The position numbers and the translations under genes were made by a program. The notes beneath the pieces are model-generated. The model had not been told where the DNA came from, did not search any database, and was given only the letters and a program-made list of their open reading frames with translations. Shown piece after piece: positions 62,395 to 64,000 of a stretch of 64,000 bases of DNA. The stretch's first letter is position 1, and each line of letters begins with the position of its first letter. The stretch comes from Lingula anatina. Its lineage: Eukaryota; Animalia; Brachiopoda. The stretch covers positions 12,400,001 through 12,464,000 of the forward strand of contig CM120641.1 of assembly GCA_051362555.1 (NCBI GenBank), given 5' to 3'.

Positions 62395-63707
62395 TTAAGA
62401 CAAACACAAATGATAGGCTACAAGAATAGCGTCCAGGTTGCTTGGTGTGATTTTAAACATTCGTTGCAATTTTTCCACTGCTGATGGTTCCTCAACACAA
62501 CACAAGATATTGTCAAAAGGTATCCAAATGGTGTCATCGCTCTCCGGCCATTGGAAGAGACTTTTCTGTTTCTCTAAAAAGTTGATCTCTGCCTCTCTGT
62601 CTGATTTGTCGATATCTTGTACTTTCCCCAGGTACCATTCTTTTTCACAGACCACTGCTGCAAAATCACCTACCGTCACCGCCACCATTTGTCCAGTGAT
62701 GCGATGGGTTATGCCTTTTTCTTTGCTCAATCTTGTTTCAATTTTTATTGGTACAAACAAATGTGTGCCTTCCCAGATGTCACACAATCTGCCCTGGATA
62801 CACAACAGCCTTTAGAATCAGCACCATATTCTGGTGCTTTGTGCAAAGACAGCTGTGTCTGGCAATGTGATGTTGACAGAATGTGCCTGGGTCGAAGACA
62901 TCGAAAGGTTTCCAGGGATATCTTTACTATTGTCATCTTGTACAGCTTGCCTGTTTTTTTTTCCGCTACTCATATCCGACGATCTTTTGACCAGTTCATC
63001 CCCTTTTCCCGAGTCCTCGACAAATAATTCCGGCACATGCCAGCAGCAGTGGAAAGAAATCTGAGGCAACGATACTTCCTCACAATCTTCCCAGCCACTA
63101 TATTACGCAAAATTTTCATCTTACTTCTTGGTGTAACTTGTTTAGCTTGACCCACTGCAGCTCCTAAAACATTTCCTATAAGTAATTGCTTCCGCACAGT
63201 GTTAGCTTTGGTCCTTTTCAACATAGCCTGCCATATGGTGCGTTCTGTCTTGGTTTTGGGATTTGTGGAGAATTCAGGTGATCCCATATTTCGTCTTCTA
63301 CAATGGCTAAAGCGTTGCCTGATAGCATTCTCCCTCTTTCTCATGGCATTTACCTGTGCCTGTAGTGCTTTAATTGTTTTTTGTGCCTGCCTTAAGTTTC
63401 TTCTCAAACTTTTATCTCCACGCTGTGGCCACCTCACACATACAACAAGCCTCTCTGGTGGTGATTGCTGTGGACTTGCCTTGGTAACTTCTACAGCAGC
63501 TAGGAGCTCTTCCTTCCTTTGGTGAAGTCTAAGTTTTCGTGCTTTAGTCTTCGCATTTCTCTTTCGTCTTTCACGGTCGGTTAAGGAGGCGGAAGGTACA
63601 TAGTATTTTCGAACTCTTTTTCTTTCCCTTTCCAGGAATGCTTCACCCTCATTTTTCTTTTTACGAGATCGATAATTTTTTTGAATCTCAGCTCTTGTTT
63701 TCGCCAT
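62395..63707 (-). pseudogene. Internally deleted, frameshifted DNA transposase (tentatively Sola2-like)
   Basis: Basic N-terminus MAKTRAEIQKNYRSRKK; ISLETFRCLRPRHI followed in another frame by SCLCTKHQN; C-terminal VGDFAAV...WYLGKV...FQWP...D..W module. No catalytic core between them. The family assignment is from recalled motifs only. Confidence 0.55.
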
Positions 63708-64000
63708 TTTCTGAAAAATAATTTGATTGTATATATAATGATAATGTTACGTCCGGTATCAATGTATTTCCTGTTCTACTATTTGGCACTGCACTCACTG
63801 CGCTCGCTGGCGATTATTTTTTCTTTACAGTAGTCTTGTTTGACATTTATTCCATGCGAAGCAAGAGAGGCAGTAGATAGTTGTGCGGGCTGGCTGCCGC
63901 GTTTTATGTTTTCTGAAAGTATTTGATGGAATTCACATAAAATTCTTATTACGACAAAATCATTACATCGTCACTGAGGGTTTTATGGATATCTTTACAC

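Noticed and set aside
61038-63707. AGGGTGGGCA terminus as the end of the transposase-bearing element
   Set aside because: A matching inverted end (TGCCCACGTTG) lies at about 61556-61566, closing a small separate element well before the transposase remnant.

Overview
AT-rich, intron-rich animal genomic DNA, most likely from a marine invertebrate (lophotrochozoan-like, judged from the SCP and TRPV families; the taxon cannot be established from sequence alone). I spliced the exons by hand from GT/AG sites and reading frame. From left to right the window holds: an hnRNP A/B-D/squid-type RNA-binding gene (+); a tandem minus-strand cluster of three intact GH18 chitinases (A, B, C) and a decayed fourth copy that is not recognisable from the ORF track; an intronless TRPV5/6-like channel (-); two sarcoplasmic calcium-binding (SCP) EF-hand genes (+); a GPI-anchored Ly6/LYPD6-like gene (+); a 9-exon paraoxonase (-); and a broken Sola2-like transposase. 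Many non-autonomous DNA transposons are present, with visible terminal inverted repeats (TIRs) and target-site duplications (TSDs), including a three-level nest. Best leads: (1) chitinase A keeps its catalytic DxDxE motif but appears to lack a signal peptide and has lost one cysteine of each of three conserved disulfides, so it may be a non-secreted chitinase; (2) the same gene needs a non-canonical GA-AG intron to stay in frame; (3) the hnRNP gene has a candidate poison exon and an alternative 3' acceptor; (4) chitinases B and C show exon-restricted homogenisation; (5) chitin-remodelling and Ca2+-handling genes may form a functional neighbourhood (speculative). No CRISPR array, rRNA or tRNA was recognised.
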